Assembly (NCBI RefSeq): GCF_964355755.1
Contig: NC_092676.1
Coordinates: forward strand, 4,317,888 to 4,381,887
Length of the DNA stretch: 64,000 nt
Direction of reading: 5' to 3'
Source of the DNA: Antedon mediterranea
Lineage: Eukaryota > Animalia > Echinodermata
The notes under the pieces: model-generated
Databases searched by the model: none
Told to the model about the DNA's origin: nothing
The model's input: the letters and a program-made list of their open reading frames with translations, nothing else
Part shown: piece by piece, positions 47,301 to 58,050 of the stretch
Layout: every line of letters starts with the position of its first letter
How positions within the stretch are numbered: position 1 is the stretch's first letter
Program-made: the position numbers and the translations under genes

Positions 47301-49859
47301 GTTAAACATAAAATAATACAATTGATAGTTCTTACCTAAGAAAAGAGCCAAAATATGAAAAAGTGACTTCCTTTAAAGTTGTTAAAAATGTATAGATGTT
47401 TCTTGTGAGCAGGCACAAGTGGAAGTGAGGTATAATCATCAGAAATGAAGATAATCACCTTAGTTGCCTAGCAACTTGGCAAAACACATTCCTTACTTCC
47501 CAAACATTTGTCACTATGACCCACTTGGGGTAACCTTTGTTGCAATTAAGCTGCATTCTTTTCTACTGACCTATAAACTATATTTATATACAGTACATTG
47601 TAAAAACAGATACATTCAAATGAAAAAAATCAAACAGAAAGATATAAGAAAGATATAAATGGTAAAAATATATTCATAAAAATCATAGGGTTACACATAT
47701 AATGGTAGTTCATCCAGTGATCAAATTACAAGTTACTAGATGGTACGCGTACCATCTAGTTCGTGCCGCGCCCACAGAGATGGTTCTCGAATACATAGTA
47801 ATTTCAGCGTAAAAAGACTGGCGATTTCAAATGTACGTACGGCAGGACTATAATACATTGTCGTTTACAGAAACAAATAAATAGACACAATGATTTATGT
47901 AGTCAACCAAAATTAGCACCTAGAAACTTGTCACAAAATGAGTCGAAATTGGTTATTTGGACTCATTTAAACAAACCCAATTTTGTTAAATTATTCTTTA
48001 TATTTCTTTATTATCCAATCAGTAACGAAATATTTTTTTTATATAAGCCTATAAATAATATACCACTAAATAGAGTAAAACATTTCCGATTTAATACTTT
48101 ATTAAAACTGTCACTGCCTCATGGTCGATTGAAATAGTAAAGTACATTTAAAGACCATTTTTGTAATTATTAATTAATACAAACGTTGAGAAACAACTGA
48201 CAGTAATACAGTATATATTATTATGTGTTTATAGTCTAAAAGTAGGGGCTACCCACACTCACAGTGATGACGTTTATTAGTATATTTGTTTATATTATAT
48301 CTAACAGTACCAACACACGTGTTGTTTTGATTCAAATGGCGATCAAAAGTGGTTAATACCTATTTGCAGTATTGTATAGCATTACAATCCATTTCTGTTT
48401 ATTCTCCAAGGGTCTATAAATTTACAGTACCTACTTGTGTTAAACCATGGAGGTATGCAATAATTTGGAATGTTCCATTCATTGCAAATCAATACATTTC
48501 TATAAACGTATATTAAATCTATCAAAATAGTATTTTTTAAAGAAAATCGGCCTGTCTTCAACATTATGATGCTGTACTCGAGCTGTTCAATCGCTTTTCA
48601 GCCATTAAAAACAGTTATCGTAGGAGGAGATAGGAAAATGCGAAGCATCCTCGTATTATTGTATGCGGGTATTTTTCACGATGGACATGTATTAGACAGT
48701 GTATACCACGATTGGAAAACACCCCTATTTGGGGCAAATTTAATTATCTAACTAAATTTAATTAGTAAACAGGGTTACATCAGGTGGTTAAAATCAGTAC
48801 TGAGATTCTAACCAACTTTATATACCATCGAGTAAACATTCTAGAAATAACGCGCGATTTAGCGAATTTTGCCCTTACGTAAATTTATATATAGATGAGC
48901 ACTGAGTCTTAGTGGTCAAATTATTGTCCATGGGTTAGTTCCAGTGGTCAAATCAATGTGCAAGTAAATTGAACAAGTAAATCTCAGTAGAATATTGATT
49001 TTTATGGTAAATTCCTTCATGAAAAAAATATTAGAAAACTCTCCAGCTTAAAGATGTATTGTCCATTTGACTAATTCCAAAAATTTGTCGAAAAAAAAAA
49101 TCATTTAACTGAAATACAGACATTTTTTGTTAAAAAAATAACTTTAACTTGTTGCTTTTGGCTTGAATTTTCGACTTAAAAGTGAATAACTTTAATATTA
49201 CTTTGATATGGCTAATTTAAATTTAGAATATTTTGACCTTTATTTTTTTGTGTTTCAAGGGACAATACATCTTTAAATTGTGTACATGTAATAATGTTTA
49301 ATCTGTAAATAAGCATACATTCTAAGTTTGGGATTTCTGCTGGCTTGAAATTTCCTAAATATGACCCCAATCTCCAACCCCCTGGGTCAAAACGCCCAGA
49401 GCCAAAATGGTCCTGGGATGAAATGTTTCTAATTCATTAACATACTACTATACTCCACAAAAAGTTGATTTTTAAGTTGTTGTGGCCAAGGATCGGTGAT
49501 TCATTCTAGGCATCAAGTAATTTGAAAAAAAATATTGAGATTATGGTTTTAAAAAGTGCAAGATTTTAGTTCAGTGGCATGAGAGAGCTTGCAGTTGGGT
49601 AAAATTGAAAGCCTCACTAATCCATACTGGACATGTATGGGTAATTTGTGCTTTATTCTAGTAATGTTACAATAGTGTACCCTATTACCTACACCTACAC
49701 TACTCCTTATTTTGTATATGTAGTGTGCAGTATACCTTCAATAGTGTTTTCTACTTGATCTTCTGAATTTTCAAACACTGCCAATTCCACAATCATCTTC
49801 ATTATCGCAGCGCAATCCTCCGGTCTTGCATCTCGTATACAGAAGTTGTCATCTTCCAT
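29365..49859 (-). CDS. SAT2: Spermidine/spermine (diamine)/thialysine N-acetyltransferase, SAT1/SAT2 family GNAT; exons 49859-49736, 33575-33396, 33090-33050, 29535-29365
   Basis: Spliced 516 nt = 171 aa: MEDDNFCIRDARPEDCAAIMKMIVELAVFE...IGYSVFFYTYSTWKGKVVYMEDLYIMKEFRERGYGRILMRRVAEIGLEKGCQRMQWAVLGWNKPAINMY...EDWHMY; canonical GT-AG, phases consistent; SAT1 versus SAT2 cannot be resolved (likely co-ortholog). Confidence 0.9.
30405..31400. repeat. Three diverged tandem repeats of about 330-350 bp (probably internal to a non-autonomous element)
   Basis: TCACACCT...ATGCAAATTAG...AATGAAACATTTTAC..AAATGACCGGAA...TGTAGAGACTTT recurs at about 30405, 30736 and 31081. Confidence 0.75.
31401..31955. 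repeat. Near-perfect 281-bp direct tandem duplication
   Basis: ATTCGTGAGGTTAATTTCCCG... starts at 31401 and 31682; two substitutions noticed. Confidence 0.9.
33784..35356 (-). repeat. 3' LTR
   Basis: TGTAACCC...GGGTTACA; abuts PPT AAGAGGGGAGGT (minus strand, 35357-35368). Confidence 0.95.
35344..37188 (-). pseudogene. Gypsy pol 3' part: integrase (HHCC, DDE, GPY/F-like) plus acidic S/T-rich tail; in-frame TGA at 36256-36258
   Basis: HNDLGH..CGRC, CMDF..HSDQG..PERFNRTL; PGD*VLVRNLGLKGKNKLADRW reads through in frame into ORF 35344..36111. Confidence 0.9.
37374..38728 (+). CDS. HARBI1/DDE_Tnp_4-type transposase; exons 37374-37561 and 37891-38728; possible in-frame deletion near 37980
   Basis: MANLHRVRDAL...CNSYFR|FQKNDIYRL; CWGFVDGTVRPICRP, YNGHKRIHAMKFQ, GRRHDAFL, YGDPAY, RISVEWLFG. 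Confidence 0.88.
39397..41805 (-). pseudogene. Transposon accessory protein (Myb/SANT-trihelix-like N-terminus, coiled-coil and Gln-rich C-terminus), disrupted
   Basis: Predicted exons 41805-41785, 41187-41153, 40834-39824 (split by L2), about 39727-39397; MIWDNQKDQILIGEV..ERGKAWQAVADAM..RAVRDRI; EKQ|IRESIEEF rejoins across the insertion. Confidence 0.7.
39971..40570 (+). mobile_element. 5'-truncated L2 LINE (ORF2 C-terminus + 3'UTR + (TTA)n tail)
   Basis: RKYL..LVHAFVSSRLDCNNSLLYGLP..LQRIQNSAARLI..HISPVLRDLHWLPV..APKLWNTLP..FKTKLKTHLF; tail 40549-40570. Confidence 0.92.
41985..44714 (-). CDS. Gypsy pol 5' part: protease, RT, RNase H
   Basis: LLDSGSQVT; ASPIVLVRKKNGSLRMCVDYRKLN; YMDDIIV; DAC..GLGAVL; KLEFLAL; ADALSR. 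Confidence 0.95.
44657..45982 (-). pseudogene. PNMA-like gag with CCHC knuckle; in-frame TAA at 45470-45472
   Basis: YRKLRVFSG..DPYHVW..SQA*KKRRLREALRSPALDVI..EQKTGETPSHYLTRL..CYNCGENGHIKRNC. Confidence 0.88.
44660..44714 (-). promoter_or_regulatory. Programmed -1 ribosomal frameshift signal (G GGA AAC + downstream stem/pseudoknot)
   Basis: Slippery heptamer at 44714-44708 in the gag frame; the -1 frame is open into pol (KLQRTFEGG...GLVGESV); stem GACATTTGA/TCAGATGTC starts 7 nt downstream. Confidence 0.8.
46103..46119 (-). promoter_or_regulatory. Primer binding site complementary to tRNA-Pro
   Basis: Minus strand TGGGGGCTCGTCCGGGA, 3 nt inside the 5' LTR boundary. Confidence 0.9.
46123..47695 (-). 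repeat. 5' LTR
   Basis: Same length as the 3' LTR; no differences found by eye in the parts compared; identical 64-aa spurious ORF in both. Confidence 0.95.
47736..48895 (-). mobile_element. Non-autonomous Helitron, copy 3 (more diverged)
   Basis: CTAGATGGTACGCGTACCATCTAG end and ...CCCTTACGTAAATTTATATATAGA|T end shared with copies 1 and 2. Confidence 0.85.
49052..49272. mobile_element. Kolobok-like MITE with TTAA TSD
   Basis: TTAA|AGATGTATTGTCC...GGACAATACATCT|TTAA; related fragments near 25020-25092, 60990-61400 and 62705-63040. Confidence 0.7.
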
Positions 49860-51204
49860 TTTCCTGCTACTGTACTACTGTACTTCTTTTTTATATATAG
49901 GATATCAGAATGTTTGTAAATGTTAACAATGCATGACAGCATTAGACATTGAATTTCATTATGTTATTTCCATAAACTCTTTAATACCTTACTTTATACT
50001 GTACAGCATCGCTCTATGCTCTTACAGGAAGATAAACTGAAACAATATTTATTTCGCTTACCTGCTAACTAACGAACTCCTGATTTTACAGAATAATGCA
50101 AAATATTTAATAACTAGATGAATGATGGGTTTATTTTGATGGATCTTTTATCTTTATAAAAGAAAACTAATAAAAATCTGGCCTACAGTAGCTGCTTTAA
50201 ACCAACCAGAAATAGGTAAAAATCAGGAGGCGATAGAGAAATACTTACATTAACATTTTTACTAATATTAGCAGTCCTGTCCAAATAATGGTGCACATTG
50301 ATGACGTTTAGTCCATACACAAATTCATCATTAGTGTGCCGCTGATGAAATATTTATTTTCCTCATTTTGACAATGCGGTATGGAAGAATATAGGATAAC
50401 TACCAAAACCGCAAATGGAAGTCATCTAATATTATATGATGTTTGTCATGAAAAGTGAATCATGAAGTACTGCAGGTACTGTATTTTGGGATATATTTTT
50501 TTCTTTTTTGCTTCTGCTGCAGAATCCAATTTAAAAACATTCACCTGCTCGGCGGTAATGCTGAGTGACTGTGAAGTCTAATACTTACAGCAGCGATTTC
50601 AAGTTACGAGAGGTGACCGCTTATGGGAGGTTCTGAAGATATTGGGCCAAAATCACGTATTATGGCTATGCACAATATTTTTCGCCATTCTTAACGCAAC
50701 AGGCCTCTTCCCAATATTCTCCAGCTAATTGTATTTTATTGTTTATGATCAGGTCGTTTATTATTATTTATGATTTTCAGACAAATTGGTCAGTCAAAAG
50801 CTGTGTAGTTTTCTCATCGCATCTAAAAAACACAGGAATGTTCTTCACAGAAATATATTTAAAACCGCTTCGAAATAAAGCTACTGTAATATAATAATTA
50901 ATATATAAAGCACAAATGTATCAAAATTAATACCAATTTTTCTGATGGCCACTTACGGGAGGTAATTTACCATACAAAAATCTAATTTGTAGTAAAAAAA
51001 AAAAAAAAGTGGCCGACGCCGTGGCTGCTTAGGGGGGTATAGGCCTAGTCGCTTAATTACAGGAGGTATCAAATGCACTAATTAATTAGATACGAAGAAT
51101 AAACAAGCTTTTGAAAGCCTCCAAGGAGGTTCAACTGGTCTGTAGGTGCAAAAGTATTAATGCCAAACTCAGTAAATTATTACTCTTTCTGCGTGTCATA
51201 CATG

Positions 51205-52750
51205 GGTCATTCTTCAGTAAGTGTCTAAAATCGTGTCCCGATACTTTGGTGGGATAGAGACTGAAAATTCATCATTAAAAAATAAAAATTCTTGACTTAA
51301 ATCATAATCAACATTATTGTAAATATAATTAATTACATAAAATAAAGATAATTACATTGATATTGTTAATTTTTATAAAAATGGTTCAGGCAACCCCCTA
51401 AAATCCTATGTCCCGATCGTACATCTTCAATTTTATGATCGCCGTATATATTTGATAACAGGACTTTTGTTATCGAAAATATTGTAAAAAGTTAGTTAAT
51501 CATGATTTCATGCGATTATATTCTTCGAAATACATCTCTACATACATTAAATCTCAAACTTTAAAGTTTTTGTTTGGAAAAAGCTTGTCCCGCAGTTTTG
51601 TGTCATTTCCGTCACATTTAAATGTACCGTCTACAGTTTAATGAACGGCGGTGAAAAAAATTGACTGTGCGTTGTAAACATACGAAGATATTGAAATTAA
51701 ACTAGCAGCACATCATTTTCAATAAAAGAGGAAAAAAACTAAAAAAACGAGGTTTTAGAAAAATTACAGCTGGCTGCGTACCTTTATTGAATGTCATATC
51801 CGAACGGTATAGAACTCATTAAATAATTATAATTTCTGTTTTTTTTCAACTGGAAGTACAAGTTATTCACGGTATCTAGAAGTATGCAATCCGTCTCCGC
51901 TGTCAGACATGCCTACGATGTGATCCTAGGTTGTCCAATGCTAAATACATCATCTCCGTCACGGTCAGCTCCGTCACATTTCCCAATGTTTCGTTGTGAC
52001 GGCCCGTGACGGATATGACTTTTTGTTATTGCCAGGGCCTTTTTTTGTTGTACATTTTGTTTTGTATATCTTTATTATGTTATTACATTGTATATCTATG
52101 TGACTCTGGTCAATAAACATAATCAAATCATATCTTAAAGTCATCTCCGTCACATGATTTTTTAGGTTCGTCATATCCGTCACGGTTTCATCTCCGTCAC
52201 ATGGATATTTTATCCTTTTAAATCCTAAAATATTTAAATAATGAACGCAATTATGTGGTATATTGAAATATAAACAATATTCTTCTACTATGTCAATGGA
52301 TAGTAATATTAGTTCAATTCAACAGAATTTTGTAAAACATCAGTGACAGTCATACTATTTTCTGAAAATTATTATTTTTTGGAATAGTAAATGGTTTTGA
52401 ACGTATAACATCATACTTATAAATGTTAAAACAATCATTTTGTGATTAATAGAGACAAAAATAATATATAGTATCAAAGAATTAATAATGGAAATAATTT
52501 TATAATTCCTGAACCGTTATTTTTTCTATCTTTGTATATCCCATAAATGTGACGGAAATGACAGTAACATAGAACCATGTATTTATAAATACGAATAAAA
52601 CACGAAATATATAATAAAGATTGCGCCAAACATACGCTTGCCATGTAATACATGTTCATTTATCTGAATAAACTTTTAAAATTTAAAAAATGCAAATTTT
52701 AAAATCGATTTTTTATAAACCTGAAATTAGACACTTACTGAAGAATGACC
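51205..52750. mobile_element. Non-autonomous TIR DNA transposon (about 1.55 kb)
   Basis: 24-bp TIR GGTCATTCTTCAGTAAGTGTCTAA / TTAGACACTTACTGAAGAATGACC; internal TCCGTCAC motifs; TSD not clear. Confidence 0.7.
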
Positions 52751-53408
52751 TACACACATTCAGTCACTTTCTCCTATCGGAAATATAAACCAGAAATGTA
52801 TAGAGAGGGAAGCTGCAGGCCTACCTACTAGGCTGATATGGAAGCAAACACTTATGTACTTTTCTTTATGATATTTTATAAGTCAGAAGCCTTTACTTAC
52901 TCTACTACTTTTATTTCCTTTGTGTAAAGGGTTCTTTGGTGGTGGGAAGGTGATGGTGGAAGTATACAGTTTGAATAAACTGCCACACTACTGCGCGTGT
53001 GTCACACGCAAAAGGAGAAGTCTTGATCAGGTGATCAGAACACTTGTCGTATCACGTGATATACTCCACAAACAACAATAAATTTCATCCACGATCTGTT
53101 TTTTTTTGGGAATTAAATATAAAAATGCTTTTGATGCTAGAAGATGAGCATAAGGACCATCTTAGCTTTCTAACCCAAGTTGAAATAGATGGTGTGTTAA
53201 TAGTCTTCAGTTTTCTATTAGTATTAAAAACTGAACTCTCTAGCTAGCCTAATTAAAACTAGAATAGAAGGAAGATACAAACATAGCACTGCAGCCGGCC
53301 AGCCAGGGTCTCATTCATTGATTGGCTAAACTCTATTAAGCTGGGCTTACGAGACTAAATTATAGGCCTAGCTAGGTAGAGCTATATTTAGGACTTAGTA
53401 CTGAAATT

Positions 53409-55457
53409 GAGTGTTGACAAAGTGCGAGGCAGCGAGGCACGCGAGGCAAGCCAAATATTTGTGCGAGGCATCATTTTATCATTTCCAAAAGTGCGAGGCA
53501 GGCGAGGCATATAGTTTACAATTTCAAAAAGGTGCGAGGCATATCTTAACGTGCTATTATTATGCTATATTATAGGCCTAATAATCAATCGATACAAGCG
53601 TATCTAAATAGATTCGTGTATACACTCATCATATTGTTTATTTTTATGTAACGATTGTTTTTTCATTCAAGTCATATCGTGTCAAATTTTACTTTTACGA
53701 AAGTGCCCAAACTACGGTTAAAAAATCTGAACTTTCGATAAACAATAATTGTTATAGCGACACACTCATCAAATGACTGCAATGTTTGTTGGCATTTCGA
53801 GCGTGTTCACTCACATGTCTCTCGAACATAGCAGAGTGAAAATAATATTTTGTCACACCCCTGCGCCTAGATCCGGTAGACTCGAGAGATGGAAAATCCC
53901 TCTTTACTATTTAGCAGGTAGCGGAATGATTCAGCTCTCAGCTCAGAGGATTGTGGTGCATTTCCCTCCTATAGCACGTGGTTTCAGCAGCAACGCACAG
54001 ACTTCTCTCTGAGCGGCGTGCCAAAGACATTTTTGACATTCCATTCTCTAGGAACAACACGTGTACCTCTCTCGCAAAGGTGAACAGCGATTGCCAGGAC
54101 ATGTTCAATAACTGGCGGTGAATAAAAGGTAACTGATATGCCGATCCAATAACAGCATGCCGCAAAGAAAAAAATTGCGACAGAATTCTGGAGCGCGTGT
54201 GAAAAAAGACTTACGTCCGACAATTGTAATACTAGGCCTAAAATTAAACTTTAGCTAATATGCTTAGCCCTAACCTAGATAAGAGGCCTATGTAGAAAAT
54301 AATTTAATCAATTTTGATAAAATAATAATTGGTGTAATATTTAATAATGATACACTATTCCTGTTTTAGTAAGCTAGGTATATTACGAACGATTTTTATT
54401 TATTGTTGTCCATGTACGTACTAATAAACCTGGCGCTAGTTTCCTTCGCTTGTATTTTTACTCCAAATTTGATAACTAACTTTATCGTGTGAATACCACA
54501 CCTTAGAAGTATACCTCATGAGTACTTTAATGAAAGAATCACATAAAAAGTAACAAATAAATCCTTAAATCAATGATTTGACAGGCGTGTTTCTCGCACA
54601 CTGTTCGCGAATTTCACTTATTCAATGTTCAATATTTTTGTTTCTATGGAGCGCCAAAAGAGCGACGATAATAGAGGACTAAAACTTAGTGGAATGCGTC
54701 AATTTCTCATGCATTTATTGGTGAAAAACACGTTTTATTTCAATATATTTGTTAATTTGTCAATAAAAATGTTGTAATATGTTACTGCTGATACTGTTCT
54801 GTTTTCAAAGAATAATAATCGATCCTAAATCAACATCACTACCTAGTCTAGACCTTGGACATCCTACTAAGGATATTATGATGAATTTTTCTATTTTATT
54901 CTTTAAAAGGTTAACGAAACCGTGTACATTATCAACAGTAACATTTTTCCTTACTGACAGTGACAAAATCTATTGAAATTGTACTTGATTTTCACCAAAT
55001 AATGCGTTAAATATAAATGGATTCCACAGAGTTTTTAGCCCTCTAATTAATTTTGCTCTTTTGGCGTTCCATAGAAACCAAAATATTGAACATTGAGTGT
55101 GCGAAATGTGAGAAAAACAACGTCTGTAAAATCACCAATTTAATGGATTTATTGTTACTTTTATGTGATTTTTCTTCATTAAAGTAGGCCTACTAATTCT
55201 AAGCTGTGGTATTCAGGATAAAGCCTTGGTTAAAATACAAGGCAGGTGCAAAAGGAAACTAGCCTAGCCTAGCGGGCCTAGGCCTAGGCTACTTCAATTT
55301 CGGTGATTTCCTGCCTTGCAATTTTGAGAAATGATAAAATGATGCCTCGCATTTTTTGATGATGGTAAAACGATGCCTGCCTCGCATAAATTTCTGACTT
55401 GCCTCGCATGCCTTCCCTGCCTCGCGTGCCTCGCTGCCTCGCACTTTGTTACTACCC
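53409..55457. mobile_element. Mutator-like non-autonomous element with 9-bp TSD in COMMD2 intron 1
   Basis: TSD ACTGAAATT (53400-53408, 55458-55466); TIRs built of GCGAGGCA repeats. Confidence 0.8.
54435..55262. mobile_element. Long-palindrome MITE nested in the Mutator-like element
   Basis: CTAGTTTCCTT...AAGGAAACTAG ends; arms of several hundred bp; same family as 21780-22450. Confidence 0.75.
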
Positions 55458-56119
55458 ACTGAAATTGTAAGTTTTAAATCACTGCCTCTTTAATGTCACT
55501 AAAAGTAACTTGAGTACTAAATAAAAGGTAAGCATCAATCCCAGCCAGATACCATGCTTTTTTAAAACGAATTTACTTTTTCAGTGGTACAAAAGTTCTG
55601 CCAGATTGCTCTGGATTTTTATCAAGAATGGTTCAAATTCAAAACTGTACCAATCAGCTGCTCGTAAGTTGCCCTATCTACACTATCGAACTTTATTTTA
55701 TGTAATGTGCCCATACTATATCACTACCATATTTGTCCACATCACACTTTGACAGTGTAGACAGAGCTTTATATAAATTCATGCATTTGATTAAAAGTGA
55801 AAATATTACTTTGTTTTATTACAGTACCTATTATGTATTATACTTCAAATATCTAATGTGTTTGCCTGAATGATGATATAAAAAAAATGAAATAATCTTT
55901 ACTACAGAAAAACTATCAGTTGATGCTCTCACAGTTCAGAATGGAGTTCAGGGACTTATGTATTTACTGACAGAAAGTTCTAAATTAATGGTAAGTGTGT
56001 TAAGAGGTACAGTATTGTACCCCTTGGTGCCCCTCCCCACTTTAAACTCTTATATCTATCATTGTCGTAGAGGAACCTGTAAATTGAACATTTTCTATGT
56101 TAAGAATTGAAAGCTAACT

Positions 56120-56426
56120 TTTATGGCCGACTTCTGTCGTAAACGACAATGTCAACTAGTCTTGCATTGATCTGAATGTCCAGTGCCCACCTTAACCAGA
56201 GGAGAGGCATAAGCCAATATGTCTGAGGCAGATACTAGATGCAGGGGCTGCCATAAGAGTCGGCAGTGCTGATTTCAAATGCCTAATGAGTAATGGTACC
56301 CCAGCTCTATATACAGCACCCGGTATTCCCAGATGGTCTCCCATCCAAACTCTAACCGGGCCCAATGTTGCTTAACTTTGGTGATCTGACGAGAACCGGT
56401 GTTTCAACGTGGTAAGGCCGTATATC
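56120..56426 (-). mobile_element. 5S rRNA-derived sequence (56309-56426): SINE3-like element or 5S pseudogene
   Basis: Minus strand TACGGCCTTACCACGTTGAAACACCGGTTCTCGTCAGATCACCAAAGTTAAGCAAC...TTGGATGGGAGACCATCTGGGAATACCGGGTGCTGTA; diverged, no oligo-T terminator, followed by a GC-richer body. Confidence 0.7.
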
Positions 56427-57869
56427 TATATAAGATAACTTGCCTATTACCATATTAACTTGCATTTAAGCCCTTAAAAAAAATATCTCTTACTATAAAA
56501 AAAAGCAATAACATCAATGAGATTTGTCTACGCTATCAAACTAGTTTGACCAAAAAGTGTGATGTGCCCAAATATGGAAGTCATATGACATCATCATGTC
56601 CATATATGGGCACATCACACTTTTTTGTCACATAAAGTTTAATAGTGTAGACAGAGCTTAAAAAATGGAAAGCTAAACAAACACTGACTTGCAGAAAACC
56701 ATTGGCATAACCCATTTCATGTATGATCAAACTTACGTAATTTATGCCATAATTAATGTCATGCATGCACACGTTGAGGATAAGAAATAATGCTTCCTTA
56801 AAAAACATTTAATTAATGTTAAATTGTCATCTAATTATGTTGCTACAGTTGAATGCATGCTTTACAAATAAGTTTATATTTGTGAATAAAAATGTTCCAT
56901 TCGTAACAGGTATCAGAAATCGACTTTCAAGACTCTATTCTAGTTCTGAAGAACTGAAAAAAGAATTGCTTCAGATGTACATGGAAAATCGGAAAGAAAT
57001 CCGGGAAATCATGTCGGAAATGTCGATGGACTTTTCCCATTATCACGATTTGGAATGGAGATTGGATGTCGAGGTAGGTAATAAGAAAACAAAATGAAAA
57101 TGTATTGTTTTTTTTCTGAATCTTTAGAATTAAAGAAATTGTATCGAGGTTCGAATATTTAACGAATTGTCTACATGATTAAAATACCAGTCGAGCGGTG
57201 TGATCACTCACCTACAGTAGTACTTAAATTTAAATTTAGTAAACGACACCAAAATACAAACAGCACACCTACAGCACCCCTGAACGTATTAAGGAGTGCA
57301 ATTTGTAGCACATCTACAATTTTCATACTGTAAGACCAGGCCTGCACCTTACTCCACTTTATGTCTAATATCACAAACAGGCATATCCTCAGGTATAGTC
57401 TCAGTATTGACGTTTGGTCTGGATGTACTGTAGGCCTCTCTCTAGCCAGTTCAGATGAGTTTTTACAAAAAGAAATGCTTCATAATCAGTTTTTCCCTGA
57501 ATTAGGGATTCCCTGGGTATAGTCCCCACCCCAAAGTGGGCCAAATTTCATTTTCTAGGGGATTGGGATTATATCATAGGATATACGGTAATTTTTATTA
57601 AATTAAAAACTCAAAACAAACTACATAAATATTGTTAATTAATAATTTTACATAGAGGGAAAGTTTTGATAACAAAACAATAATTGTAAAACATGATCCA
57701 AATTAAAAATGACATTTTGATATGGTTCCTTCATAACTGGTAATTGATATCAACAATGAAACAAGTCATGTAATATTAAGTGAGTCATATACAAATAGTT
57801 TGTTCACCTCGCATATCTTTCATACAAAATACAAATACATACAAGGCTTTGATCTAGGAATAAACCTTA

Positions 57870-58050
57870 AGCTTTGTCTACACTATCAAACTATTTTGAT
57901 AAAAAAAAAGGTGTGATGTGCCCTAATATGGTACAGTAGTGATATGCCTAAATATAATTAGTGATACATCATCATCATGTCCATATACAGTACTGTATGG
58001 GCACATCACATTTTTTCTTTCACATAAAGTTTGATAGTGTAGACAGAGCT
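57870..58050. mobile_element. Tourist-like (PIF/Harbinger) palindromic MITE
   Basis: TTA|AGCTTTGTCTACACTATCAAACT...AGTTTGATAGTGTAGACAGAGCT|TTA; further copies near 26011-26135, 55675-55768 and 56524-56658. Confidence 0.75.

Larger units (their letters stand above)
33784..47695 (-). mobile_element. Ty3/Gypsy LTR retrotransposon with PNMA-like gag; full length but defective
   Basis: 1573-bp TG...CA LTRs; 4-bp TSD CATA (33780-33783, 47696-47699); PBS; PPT; gag-PR-RT-RH-IN order. Confidence 0.97.
53125..57073 (+). pseudogene. COMMD2: COMM domain protein 2, exons 53125-53191, 55585-55663, 55908-55990, 56910-57073; frameshifted, last exon not found
   Basis: MLLMLEDEHKDHLSFLTQVEID|VVQKFCQIALDF(+1)IKNGSNSKLYQSAA|QKLSVDALTVQNGVQGLMYLLTESSKLM|VSEIDFQDSILV(-10 nt)EELKKELLQMYMENRKEIR..YHDLEWRLDVE. 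Confidence 0.85.

Noticed and set aside
53773-54223. Cluster of short ORFs in a GC-richer patch
   Set aside because: Inside a non-autonomous Mutator-like element; no recognisable protein
56309-56426. Functional 5S rRNA gene
   Set aside because: Multiple substitutions in conserved positions, no T-run terminator, single intronic copy
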